From: Clostridiales bacterium
GTDB lineage: Bacteria > Bacillota > Clostridia > TANB77 > CAG-508
Reading direction: 5' to 3'
Length of the DNA: 32,000 nt
Assembly: GCA_013333105.2 (NCBI GenBank)
Contig: JABCPO020000039.1
Span: 29,354 to 61,353 of the forward strand
A model generated the notes under the pieces. The model was not told the DNA's origin and ran no database searches. It saw nothing but the letters and a program-made list of their open reading frames with translations. This document shows, in pieces, positions 9,020 through 17,626 of this stretch. A program made the position numbers and the translations under genes. Each line of letters starts with the position of its first letter. Position 1 is the stretch's first letter.

Positions 9020-10015
9020 CTATTTTATTTTACAATTATATATAACCTTTTTATAATCAAATTCTGGATTTATGTATTTTGTTAAATCTATACCATAATA
9101 TCCACTGTACCATTCTTCACAATTTTTTGTATATATATTTGCCATTAATTCATAATATTCATCCCAATTTTTATTGTGATCTAAAGCTTTTTCAATTATT
9201 TTTTCATTTATTTCTTTCATCTTGTCAGGGAAACTATTCATTGCTTCCAAATCTCCTTGTTCAAATCTTTTCATTTCTCTAGAAAATGGAACAAATCCTA
9301 TTATTTTTTTTGAATCTATAAATGATTTAACATATTGCTTGTCTTCATCATCATATGCTTTATTTACAATTACATAATTATTCATTTTATATTCTTTTGT
9401 TATTTCCTCAAATTTTAAAAATACATCTATACTTTTAATTGTAGGTTCTACAACAAATATATTTATATCTGATACTGCAAATATTGAAGTTCCAACAGAA
9501 TCTACTCCTGCTGTACCATCTGTTACAACAATTGTATTTTCATCATCAAGTAATCTGTTATATATTAATTCACTTGAACCTAATTTACTATGATAGCATT
9601 GTGATCCAATTCCTTCATCTGTATATGATCCTACTGTTAATAAATGAGTATTTCCTTTTTTAGTTGCAAATTTCATTAAAAATTCATCGTCATCATTAGG
9701 AATAATAAATTTAGAATCATAATCTGGAGGAGTTGTTCCAATAATTATTAATTCTTCATTAACATTCATGTTTTCTTTTTCTTTTAAATAATTATTGACT
9801 CTTTCCATTCTAGTTTTTTCAAAAAATTCTCCAATTTCATCTATTCTATCTCCTAAAAAAACTTGATCCATTTCTAACACTTTTCCTAAATGTGTATTAA
9901 CATCACCATCTATTGCAATTATTTTCTTATCTTTTAATTTTTGTGCATATTTTATAAAGCTTGATGCTATTGTAGTTTTTCCACTTCCACCTTTTCCAAA
10001 AAATGATATTCTCAT
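9020..10015 (-). CDS. CooC/MinD (SIMIBI) family P-loop ATPase with a ~75-aa unassigned C-terminal extension
   Basis: Deviant Walker A MRISFFGKGGSGKTT, then IAIDGDVN. VVTDGTAGVDSVG corresponds to the CooC DMEAGIEHLGRG block, and VVEPT is present. CooC carries a C-x-C metal motif; this protein reads GSQCYH (Cys 9596-9598, His 9590-9592). Confidence 0.6.
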   Translation of the reverse strand: MRISFFGKGGSGKTTIASSFIKYAQKLKDKKIIAIDGDVNTHLGKVLEMDQVFLGDRIDEIGEFFEKTRMERVNNYLKEKENMNVNEELIIIGTTPPDYDSKFIIPNDDDEFLMKFATKKGNTHLLTVGSYTDEGIGSQCYHSKLGSSELIYNRLLDDENTIVVTDGTAGVDSVGTSIFAVSDINIFVVEPTIKSIDVFLKFEEITKEYKMNNYVIVNKAYDDEDKQYVKSFIDSKKIIGFVPFSREMKRFEQGDLEAMNSFPDKMKEINEKIIEKALDHNKNWDEYYELMANIYTKNCEEWYSGYYGIDLTKYINPEFDYKKVIYNCKIK

Positions 10016-10054
10016 TATATTTTCCTCTTTTCTATTTCCTTTTATAATATATCT

Positions 10055-10083
10055 AGTTTAACATAATATTCGTCTTTTTGCAA
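10055..10083 (-). promoter_or_regulatory. Sigma-70-type promoter of the four-gene PLP operon
   Basis: Minus strand reads TTGCAA (10078-10083), a 17-nt spacer ending in TG-n, then TAAACT (10055-10060). It sits about 40 nt upstream of the ATG at 10015, and AGAGGA RBS follows. Confidence 0.45.
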
Positions 10084-10120
10084 ATCATTCGCGTTTCATT
10101 TATTTTAATCTCAATAAACA

Positions 10121-10143
10121 AATCGGTAAGATATCTTACCGAT
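10121..10143 (-). terminator. Rho-independent terminator after dnaE
   Basis: Perfect hairpin aatcggtaag-atat-cttaccgatt, 30 nt after the dnaE stop, followed on the minus strand by UGUUUAUU. Confidence 0.6.
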
Positions 10144-10173
10144 TAAATTTATGTTTATTTTTATATTTATCTA

Positions 10174-13100
10174 TTATTTTTTATTTATAACTATTTGTGA
10201 TATATGTTCTACAAACACACTTGTATCTTCTCCTTTTAATTGAATTCTACCTTTAATACCAACTAAATTTCCAGCAAATGCTACTTCTCTATATTTTTCA
10301 TATGTATTTTCAAACATTATCAATTCAAATTGTCCATACAAATCTTCTAAAGTTAATAATATCAATGTTTTCCCTTTTTTAGTTATTTTCTTTTTAACTT
10401 TTTCTATTATTCCTGCTGTTGATACTATTCCTTCTTTCCATTCTTTAACATTTTCACCACTTTTTATTCTGCGAATATCATTATAATCTAAATTTATAGC
10501 TTTAGTTAAATATTTATATATTTTTTGTAATGGATGTCCTGATACATATATTCCAAGCATTTCTTTTTCATACATTAGTTTTTCTGTAGATTTTAATTCT
10601 TCTACCTCTTTATATAATGTAGTATTATCCTCTTCTATATCATCAAAAAATGATCCTTGATTTTTTAATATTCCTGTTTTCTCTCTATCTTCTAATATAT
10701 TCGGATAAGATTCTAATAATGTAGCACGGTTATATCCCAGACCATCTGTAGCTCCTGATTTTATCAATGATTCTATATTTTTTTTATTTATTCCATATTT
10801 TTGCATTCGCTTTACAAAATCTACGAAATCTAAATATTCTCCATTATTTTTTCTTTCTTCTATTATTTTTTCTGCAATTCCTAATCCGACATTTTTTATT
10901 GTACCAAGTCCAAATCTGATTATATCTTGATTCTTATCAACTGAAAACTTTATATAACTTTTATTTATATTCGGTGGTAATACTTTTATCCCTGAATTTA
11001 TTGCATCTTCTATATAAACCGGTATTTTATCTAAATTTCCTAAATAACTATTCATAGTTGCAGCAATGAATTCTTTTCTATAATAACATTTTAAATATGC
11101 AGTTTTATATGATAAAACAGCATATGCTGCTGCATGAGATTTGTTAAATGCATATTTTGCAAATTCTACCATTTCATCGAATATTTTATTTGCTGATTCC
11201 TTATCTATTCCATTTCTTACACATCCCGGAATAACTATTTCTCCATTTTCTTCTAACCCATTAATAAAGATTTCTCTCTCTTTTTGCATTATATCAATCT
11301 TTTTCTTTCCCATTGCTCTTCTCACAAGATCAGCTCTTCCTAGTGAATATCCTGCTAATTTTTGAACAATTTTCATTACCTGTTCTTGATATACCATACA
11401 TCCATATGTAACATCTAATATACTTTCTAATGATTTATGAGTATATTCATTATTCCCTGGATTTTGTTTCCCTTTTATATATCTCGGAATTTGATCCATT
11501 GGACCCGGTCTATAAAGTGATACTCCTGCTATAATATCTTCTATATTATCTGGTTTTAATTCTTTCATAACTTTTGTTATTCCCTCAGACTCAAATTGAA
11601 ATAGTCCTTGAGTATCACCTTTTCTCCACAATTCAAATACATTTTGATCGTCATAATTTAAATTTTTATCTAAATCAATTTCTACTCCTCTTGTACTTTT
11701 TACAATTTCAATACAATCATTTATTAATGTTAAAGTTCTAAGACCTAAAAAATCCATTTTTAAAAGTCCTAATTCTTCAAGATTAGTCATTGTATATTGT
11801 GTAACTATATTTCCATCATTATTATAAAGTGGAACATAATCATTTACTGGTTTATCTGTTATTACTATACCACAAGCATGTGTAGAAATATTTCTTGGCA
11901 TACCTTCTAACTTTATTGCATAATCAATCATTTTCCTTGTTTCTGAATCAGAACTATATAATTGTTTAAATTCTTTATCTATTTCTAATGCTTTTGATAT
12001 ATTTACTTTTCCACCTTCTGGTATATATTTTGTTATGTTATTTACTTTATTATAATCAATATTTAATACTCTACCAACATCTCTAATTACCATTCTTGCA
12101 GACATTGTACCAAATGTTATAATTTGTGCAACATGGTCATTTCCGTATTTTTGACCAATATATTCAATAACTTCTTCTCTTCTTTCATTACAAAAATCAA
12201 TATCAAAATCTGGCATACTTATTCTTTCCGGATTTAAAAATCTTTCAAACAACAAATCATATTTTATTGGATCTATATCTGTAATTTTTAATACATATGC
12301 TGCTAAAGAACCAGCCCCTGATCCTCTTCCAGGTCCTACCGGTATTTTTTTAGATTTAGCAAAATTTATAAAATCCCAAACTATAAGGAAATAATCTGTA
12401 AATCCCATTTTAGTAATTACTTCTAATTCATATTCTAATCTTTTTTTGATATCTTCTGTTGGATTTTCGTATCTTTCCTTAAGTCCTTGATAACATAATT
12501 CTTTTAAATATTTTTCATGATCTATCCCTGTTGGCACTTCGTAATTAGGTAGTTTAGTATTTCCAAACTCAAATTCAAAATTACATTTTTCTGCTATTTT
12601 CACTGTATTTTCTATAGCTTCTGGGAAATTTTTGAAACTTTCTTTCATTTCTTCAGAACTCTTTAAGTAAAATTCATTTGATGTTATTTTCATTCTATTT
12701 TCATCTTCTACTTTTGTTCCTGTTTGAATGCAAATTAAAATATCTTGTTCTACATAATCACCTGGATTTATATAATGGCAATCATTTGTTGCTACTATTT
12801 TAATATTTAATTCCTTTGATAATTTTATAAGTTTCTTATTTAATAATTTTTGTTCTTCTAATCCATTTTCTTGTAATTCTAAATAGTAATCTTCACCAAA
12901 AATTTCAAAATATTCTAACGCTACTTTCTTTCCTTTATCATAATCTTCTAAAATTGCTCTAGCAAGCTCACCTGCTAAACATCCAGATAAACATATTATT
13001 CCTTCGCTATATTTTTTTAACAGTTCTTTATCTATTCTTGGTTTATAATACATTCCCTCTGTGTTTGCAATTGAAATCATATGTGTTAAATTCTTATATC

Positions 13101-13392
13101 CAATCTCACTTTTTGCCAATAATGTTAAATGAAATCTTTGATTATCTATTCCATATTCTTTATCATTCCTTGTTCTCTTAGCAACATATGCTTCGCATCC
13201 AATTATAGGTTTTACTCCTTCTTTTTTACATGCTTTAAAAAATTCAACTGCTCCAAACATACTCCCATGATCAGTTATTGCTACTGCATCCATTCCTAAT
13301 TCTTTTACTCTTTTAGGTATCTCACTTAATCTATTAACTCCATCTAATAAACTAAACTCTGAATGTAAATGTAGATGTACAAATTCCCCCAT
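10174..13392 (-). CDS. dnaE: DNA polymerase III alpha subunit, DnaE type
   Basis: 1072 aa. N-terminal PHP domain FVHLHLHSEFSLLDG...AITDHGSMFG. Polymerase core blocks GPGRGSGAGSLAAYVLKITDIDP, MPDFDIDF, GLLKMDFLGLRTL, SLYRPGP and FNKSHAAAYA. AAGGGGGA RBS. Confidence 0.9.
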   Translation of the reverse strand: MGEFVHLHLHSEFSLLDGVNRLSEIPKRVKELGMDAVAITDHGSMFGAVEFFKACKKEGVKPIIGCEAYVAKRTRNDKEYGIDNQRFHLTLLAKSEIGYKNLTHMISIANTEGMYYKPRIDKELLKKYSEGIICLSGCLAGELARAILEDYDKGKKVALEYFEIFGEDYYLELQENGLEEQKLLNKKLIKLSKELNIKIVATNDCHYINPGDYVEQDILICIQTGTKVEDENRMKITSNEFYLKSSEEMKESFKNFPEAIENTVKIAEKCNFEFEFGNTKLPNYEVPTGIDHEKYLKELCYQGLKERYENPTEDIKKRLEYELEVITKMGFTDYFLIVWDFINFAKSKKIPVGPGRGSGAGSLAAYVLKITDIDPIKYDLLFERFLNPERISMPDFDIDFCNERREEVIEYIGQKYGNDHVAQIITFGTMSARMVIRDVGRVLNIDYNKVNNITKYIPEGGKVNISKALEIDKEFKQLYSSDSETRKMIDYAIKLEGMPRNISTHACGIVITDKPVNDYVPLYNNDGNIVTQYTMTNLEELGLLKMDFLGLRTLTLINDCIEIVKSTRGVEIDLDKNLNYDDQNVFELWRKGDTQGLFQFESEGITKVMKELKPDNIEDIIAGVSLYRPGPMDQIPRYIKGKQNPGNNEYTHKSLESILDVTYGCMVYQEQVMKIVQKLAGYSLGRADLVRRAMGKKKIDIMQKEREIFINGLEENGEIVIPGCVRNGIDKESANKIFDEMVEFAKYAFNKSHAAAYAVLSYKTAYLKCYYRKEFIAATMNSYLGNLDKIPVYIEDAINSGIKVLPPNINKSYIKFSVDKNQDIIRFGLGTIKNVGLGIAEKIIEERKNNGEYLDFVDFVKRMQKYGINKKNIESLIKSGATDGLGYNRATLLESYPNILEDREKTGILKNQGSFFDDIEEDNTTLYKEVEELKSTEKLMYEKEMLGIYVSGHPLQKIYKYLTKAINLDYNDIRRIKSGENVKEWKEGIVSTAGIIEKVKKKITKKGKTLILLTLEDLYGQFELIMFENTYEKYREVAFAGNLVGIKGRIQLKGEDTSVFVEHISQIVINKK

Positions 13393-13421
13393 TTATCCCC
13401 CTTTTATTTTAAATCTTTTAA

Positions 13422-14189
13422 TTAATATTCCACATTATATAAAAATAATCCTGTAGCTGGTAAAGTTTTACCTGCTTTTTCTCTATTTTTACTTTCTAAT
13501 ATATTTTTCATCTCAGATGCTTTTATTTTACCTTCTCCTACTTCTAATACAGTTCCTGCAATTATTCTAACCATATTGTATAAAAATCCGTTTCCAGTTA
13601 GTTTTATAACTATTCTCTTATCTTCATCCTTATTTTCTCCTAATATATTAGTATTTACTAATTTAACTTCTGCATCATATATAGTTCTAACTGTTGTTTT
13701 TTTAGGAGATCCACTTGATTTAAATGCTTTAAAATCATGTTCTCCTATTAAATATTTTATTGCATTATTCATCTTATTAACATCTAATTTTCTCTTATAA
13801 TAATATTCCTTATTTTTTGTAAGAGCACTTGGCACTTCATTGTTATTTATAATATAAATATATGTTTTTTTCTTTGCATTAAATCTGCTATGAAATTCTT
13901 GACTTACTTCCTCTATATCTTTTATAACAACATTTCCTTTTAACTTGCTATTTAACCCTAATTTCAGATTATTTAATTCTATTTCTTTATTTAATTTAAA
14001 GTTAGCTACCTGAGAATATGCACAAACCCCTGTATCTGTTCTTCCTGAACCTATTAATTCTACTTCTTCTCCAGTTATACTTTTTATTGCTTTTATTATA
14101 TCACCTTGAACTGTTTTCTTGTTTGGTTGAATTTGCCATCCATAATAATTATTTCCTTCATATTCTATCTTTAATCTCAAGTTTCTCAT
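13422..14189 (-). CDS. truA: tRNA pseudouridine(38-40) synthase TruA
   Basis: MRNLRLKIEYEGNNYYGWQIQ, GSGRTDTGVCA (catalytic Asp motif) and GNGFLYNMVRI are present. I place the start at ATG 14189, with GGAGAA 5 nt upstream. The 58-codon extension in the ORF track reads through the upstream ncRNA. Confidence 0.85.
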   Translation of the reverse strand: MRNLRLKIEYEGNNYYGWQIQPNKKTVQGDIIKAIKSITGEEVELIGSGRTDTGVCAYSQVANFKLNKEIELNNLKLGLNSKLKGNVVIKDIEEVSQEFHSRFNAKKKTYIYIINNNEVPSALTKNKEYYYKRKLDVNKMNNAIKYLIGEHDFKAFKSSGSPKKTTVRTIYDAEVKLVNTNILGENKDEDKRIVIKLTGNGFLYNMVRIIAGTVLEVGEGKIKASEMKNILESKNREKAGKTLPATGLFLYNVEY

Positions 14190-14220
14190 ATACTTCTCCA
14201 TATCTAATATTAATACCTTT

Positions 14221-14249
14221 ATTATATCATATATATTTTTTATTGCATA
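14221..14249 (-). promoter_or_regulatory. Candidate truA promoter with extended -10
   Basis: Minus strand reads TATGCA (14244-14249), a 17-nt spacer, then TGaTATAAT (TATAAT at 14221-14226). It is about 30 nt upstream of the truA ATG. Confidence 0.35.
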
Positions 14250-14440
14250 AAAATAAACCCCACATTGGCCGCTTTTCGAGTGTCTTTTTAAGGACCTGTC
14301 TTGACAGGTGGGTGAGTGCTTTAATACTTCTGGGATAAAATGTAAACAAGTTATGCACGCCATATTAAAAGGAGACTCTCCCTTTTAGAAACTTGTAGGT
14401 TCTAAAAATAACACAATTCGTACCATGTAGGGTTTATTTA
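14250..14440 (-). ncRNA. ssrS: Probable 6S RNA (about 185-190 nt)
   Basis: This is the only G+C-enriched noncoding block in the window. The ends pair as AAACCCUACAU / AUGUGGGGUUU; the U-G wobble works only on the minus strand, which fixes the orientation. The closing stem extends through CGA/UCG and GUGU/ACAC. An apical stem ACAAGUU/AACUUGU encloses the hairpin AAAAGG...CCUUUU. The 3' bubble segment CAGAAGUAUUAAAGCAC...UCACCCACCUGUCAAGACAGGU resembles, from memory, E. coli 6S GAGAAGCCUUAAAAC...UCACCUUGAACCAAGGGUUCAAGG. Confidence 0.6.
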
Positions 14441-14492
14441 ATTATCTATATATTATCATTTTTAATATAATTTTTCTAGCTATTTTATAATA

Positions 14493-17400
14493 TTATTTAG
14501 CTTCATTCCAATTTTTTCCTGATTCTATATCTACTTGTAATTTTACTTTTAAATTTGAAGCTTTTTCCATTTCATTTTTCATTATTTCTTTAACTATTTC
14601 TTCTTCTTTTTCTACAACATCAATTAGTATTTCGTCATGAACTTGAAGCACTAATTTACTTTTTAAATTTTCTTTTTTCATTTTTTCATATATATTTATC
14701 ATTGCTATTTTCATAATATCTGCTGCTGTTCCTTGAATTGGAGCATTCATTGCTATTCTTTTTACTTGTTCTCTTATTATATAATTTTTAGAATTAATAT
14801 TAGGCAAATATCTTCTTCTTTTATATTTTGTTTCCACATAGCCATTTTCTTTTCCAAATTCAATAACTTTTTCCATAAAATTATGTATATCTTTATATTT
14901 TTCTAAATATTTACTAATATATTCTTTTGCCTCTCTAACTTGAAGCCCTGTTGACTCAGATAATCCATAATCACTTATCCCATATATTATACCAAAATTT
15001 ACAGCTTTAGCATATGATCTTAATTCACTTGTAACTTCTTCTAATGGCACATTAAAAATTGTACTTGCTGTTGATTTATGTATATCTATATTTTCCTTAA
15101 ATGCTTCTATCATTGTTTTATCTCCAGACATATCAGCTAATACTCTTAATTCTATTTGTGAATAATCTGCATCCAAGAAAATATAATTTTCTGGTTCAAA
15201 TAATTTTCTTATTTCTTTCCCATATTCTTTTCTTACAGGTATATTTTGCATATTTGGTTCTGTAGAACTTAATCTTCCTGTTGCTGTAACTGTTTGGTTA
15301 AAACTTGAATGTACTTTATTAGTATTAGGATTTATGCAAACTTTTAATCCATCAATATATGTTGAAATTAATTTTGTAATTTCCCTATATTCTAAAATAT
15401 ACTCTATAATTTCATGCTTATCTTTTAATTTATTTAAAGCATCTACATCTGTTGAATATCCTGTTTTTGTCTTTTTTACAACTGGTAAATTTAAATCTTC
15501 AAATAATAATTTTCCTAATTGTTTTGGTGAAGATATATTAAAAGTATATCCAGCAATATCTAAAATTTTTTCTTCTATTTCTTTTACTTGTTTTTTTAAT
15601 ATTCTCCCTGTATTTTCTAATTTATCTTTATTTATGTATATTCCATTATTTTGCATATCTGCTAATACATAAATTAAAGGTTTTTCTACTTTTTCATATA
15701 ATTCTAAATTATTAATATCTGTTAATTCTTTTTTTAATTTTTTGCATAATATATATATTATTAAAGGTAAATAGTCTTTTTCATTATATATATTTTTAAT
15801 TTTATTTGTATATATTTCATTTAATTCTTTTAATTCTGATTTAATTTTATTATATTTTTCAGTTTCTTCATCTTCTTCAAAATATAATAAGCTATTTGAA
15901 TATTGTATATTTTCTATATTAAATCCTTTTTTAACTAATTTTTTTATATTAGTAATTACTTTATTTTCTTCTTTAGTCATTAATTTATATAATTTTTCTA
16001 ATTCAAAATTTTTTTCACACAATTTAGTTATATCCATTTTTAAATTTCGTAAACTAACTTCCAGAATATCATATTTATTTAAATTGCTATCTAATAAATA
16101 TGACGCTATTTCTGTATCTAAATCTATATTTAATAGATTTATTCCTTTTTCTTTTAGATATACTAAATGTCTTTTTAATCCATGTCCATTTTTCTTAATA
16201 TTAGCGTCTTCAAATATATCTTTTATCTCATCTATAGTATATTTATATATTTCTACTTTATTTGAGTCACTTTCTTCTACCAATACATCAACTACTATAT
16301 TTTTTTCTTTTGATATGCTCTCTATATACTCTCTTCTATTATCTAATGTATACAATTTTTCTTCTTTATATATCGTATTTAATATATCTAATTCTTTTTT
16401 TTCTAAATTTTCTTCATTTCTATCTGATATTAAAGAAATACTATTAAAATTTAAATAAATTTCTTTTTTATCTTTAATTTTTTCTTTAAATGAATTGAAC
16501 TTTTTTAAACTTTCTTCATATGAATTAAAAATAATTTGATATTTTGAATTTAGATATTCTTCTGTTTTATCTTCATCTATAAATATTTCTTCTGTGTCAT
16601 AATCATTGAGATCTAAACTTTCTTCACCTTCATTTAAATCCATTTTAGAATTTTTTTTATTATCTTCTAATATATCTAAAGTACTTTCTTCTAAATATTT
16701 TTTTAATCCATATTTATCAACTATGCTTTTCATATTTAATGATATTAATTTTTGTGAAACTGCTTTATTTTTCCATGTTTCATATTTTAATTTTTCTAAT
16801 TCATTTTCTATTCCATTTAATTGTTCTATATCAAGATTAATATTAATTTCGCCTAATATTCTAGATAAAAACGCATTTTCTTTATCTATTATTAACTTTT
16901 CTTTTTGCCCTTTTGGAATTTTATTTTCTCCACTTTCTATTTTTTCATACAAATTTTCTAAATTACTGTACTCTTTTAACAATTTAATAGCTGTTTTTTC
17001 ACCTATTCCTTTAACTCCTGGAATATTATCTGAAGAATCTCCCATCAATGCTTTTAACTCGATTAGGTCATTAGGTAATAATGTATATTCTGTTTTTATT
17101 TTTTCTTCATCGTATATAATATATTCTGTTTTTCCTAATGATGTTTTAGGATATTTTATGTAAATTTTAGAATCTACTAATTGAAAATAATCTCTATCTC
17201 CTGTAAGAATACAGACTTTAATTTCATGATTTTTAGTTATTTTTTTAGAAATTGTTCCTAATATGTCATCTGCTTCTTCTCCAGCTTTTTCATATATAGG
17301 TATATTCATTTTCCTTAAAATATCTTTTATCATATCCATTTGTATTCTTAAATCTTCAGGCATTGAATGTCTTCCCGCCTTATATTCTGAATAAATTTGT

Positions 17401-17603
17401 TTTCTTTTATTTTCTCCTTTTAAATCAAATGAAACTGCTAAATAATTAGGTTTTTCATCTTCTACCATTCTAAATAGTATTTGCAAAAATCCATATAAAG
17501 CATTTGTAGGTTTTCCATCTGGTGATGTAAAATTTCTTCCCATAGTAGCGTAAAAAGCTCTATTCATTATACTATTACCATCAATTAATACTAGTTTTTT
17601 CAT
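14493..17603 (-). CDS. polA: DNA polymerase I (5' nuclease, vestigial 3'-5' exonuclease domain and polymerase domain), enlarged to 1036 aa
   Basis: 5' nuclease blocks LIDGNSIMNRAFYA and GDSSDNIPGVKGIGEKTA. Polymerase motif A DYSQIELRVLA, motif B RSYAKAVNFGIIYG and motif C LQVHDEILI. The middle region is K/E/N-rich and lacks the exonuclease carboxylates. Confidence 0.9.
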   Translation of the reverse strand: MKKLVLIDGNSIMNRAFYATMGRNFTSPDGKPTNALYGFLQILFRMVEDEKPNYLAVSFDLKGENKRKQIYSEYKAGRHSMPEDLRIQMDMIKDILRKMNIPIYEKAGEEADDILGTISKKITKNHEIKVCILTGDRDYFQLVDSKIYIKYPKTSLGKTEYIIYDEEKIKTEYTLLPNDLIELKALMGDSSDNIPGVKGIGEKTAIKLLKEYSNLENLYEKIESGENKIPKGQKEKLIIDKENAFLSRILGEININLDIEQLNGIENELEKLKYETWKNKAVSQKLISLNMKSIVDKYGLKKYLEESTLDILEDNKKNSKMDLNEGEESLDLNDYDTEEIFIDEDKTEEYLNSKYQIIFNSYEESLKKFNSFKEKIKDKKEIYLNFNSISLISDRNEENLEKKELDILNTIYKEEKLYTLDNRREYIESISKEKNIVVDVLVEESDSNKVEIYKYTIDEIKDIFEDANIKKNGHGLKRHLVYLKEKGINLLNIDLDTEIASYLLDSNLNKYDILEVSLRNLKMDITKLCEKNFELEKLYKLMTKEENKVITNIKKLVKKGFNIENIQYSNSLLYFEEDEETEKYNKIKSELKELNEIYTNKIKNIYNEKDYLPLIIYILCKKLKKELTDINNLELYEKVEKPLIYVLADMQNNGIYINKDKLENTGRILKKQVKEIEEKILDIAGYTFNISSPKQLGKLLFEDLNLPVVKKTKTGYSTDVDALNKLKDKHEIIEYILEYREITKLISTYIDGLKVCINPNTNKVHSSFNQTVTATGRLSSTEPNMQNIPVRKEYGKEIRKLFEPENYIFLDADYSQIELRVLADMSGDKTMIEAFKENIDIHKSTASTIFNVPLEEVTSELRSYAKAVNFGIIYGISDYGLSESTGLQVREAKEYISKYLEKYKDIHNFMEKVIEFGKENGYVETKYKRRRYLPNINSKNYIIREQVKRIAMNAPIQGTAADIMKIAMINIYEKMKKENLKSKLVLQVHDEILIDVVEKEEEIVKEIMKNEMEKASNLKVKLQVDIESGKNWNEAK

Positions 17604-17626
17604 TTATCTCTCTTTTCCTTTTTATT

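Noticed and set aside
14190-14363. 58-codon N-terminal extension of truA in the ORF track (MACITCLHF...)
   Set aside because: It reads through the G+C-rich structured RNA. Its Cys/His/Arg-rich composition is atypical for this genome. The conserved TruA N-terminus starts at the ATG at 14189, which has a GGAGAA RBS.
14250-14440. Alternative identities for the structured RNA: SRP RNA, tmRNA, RNase P, or a riboswitch/T-box leader of truA
   Set aside because: It has no SRP domain IV GGAA/AGCA symmetric-loop motif. It lacks a tRNA-like GGGG...CCACCA end, and it is far too short for tmRNA or RNase P. A candidate truA promoter lies downstream of it, which argues against a cis-leader. The overall architecture and the 3'-bubble sequence fit 6S better.
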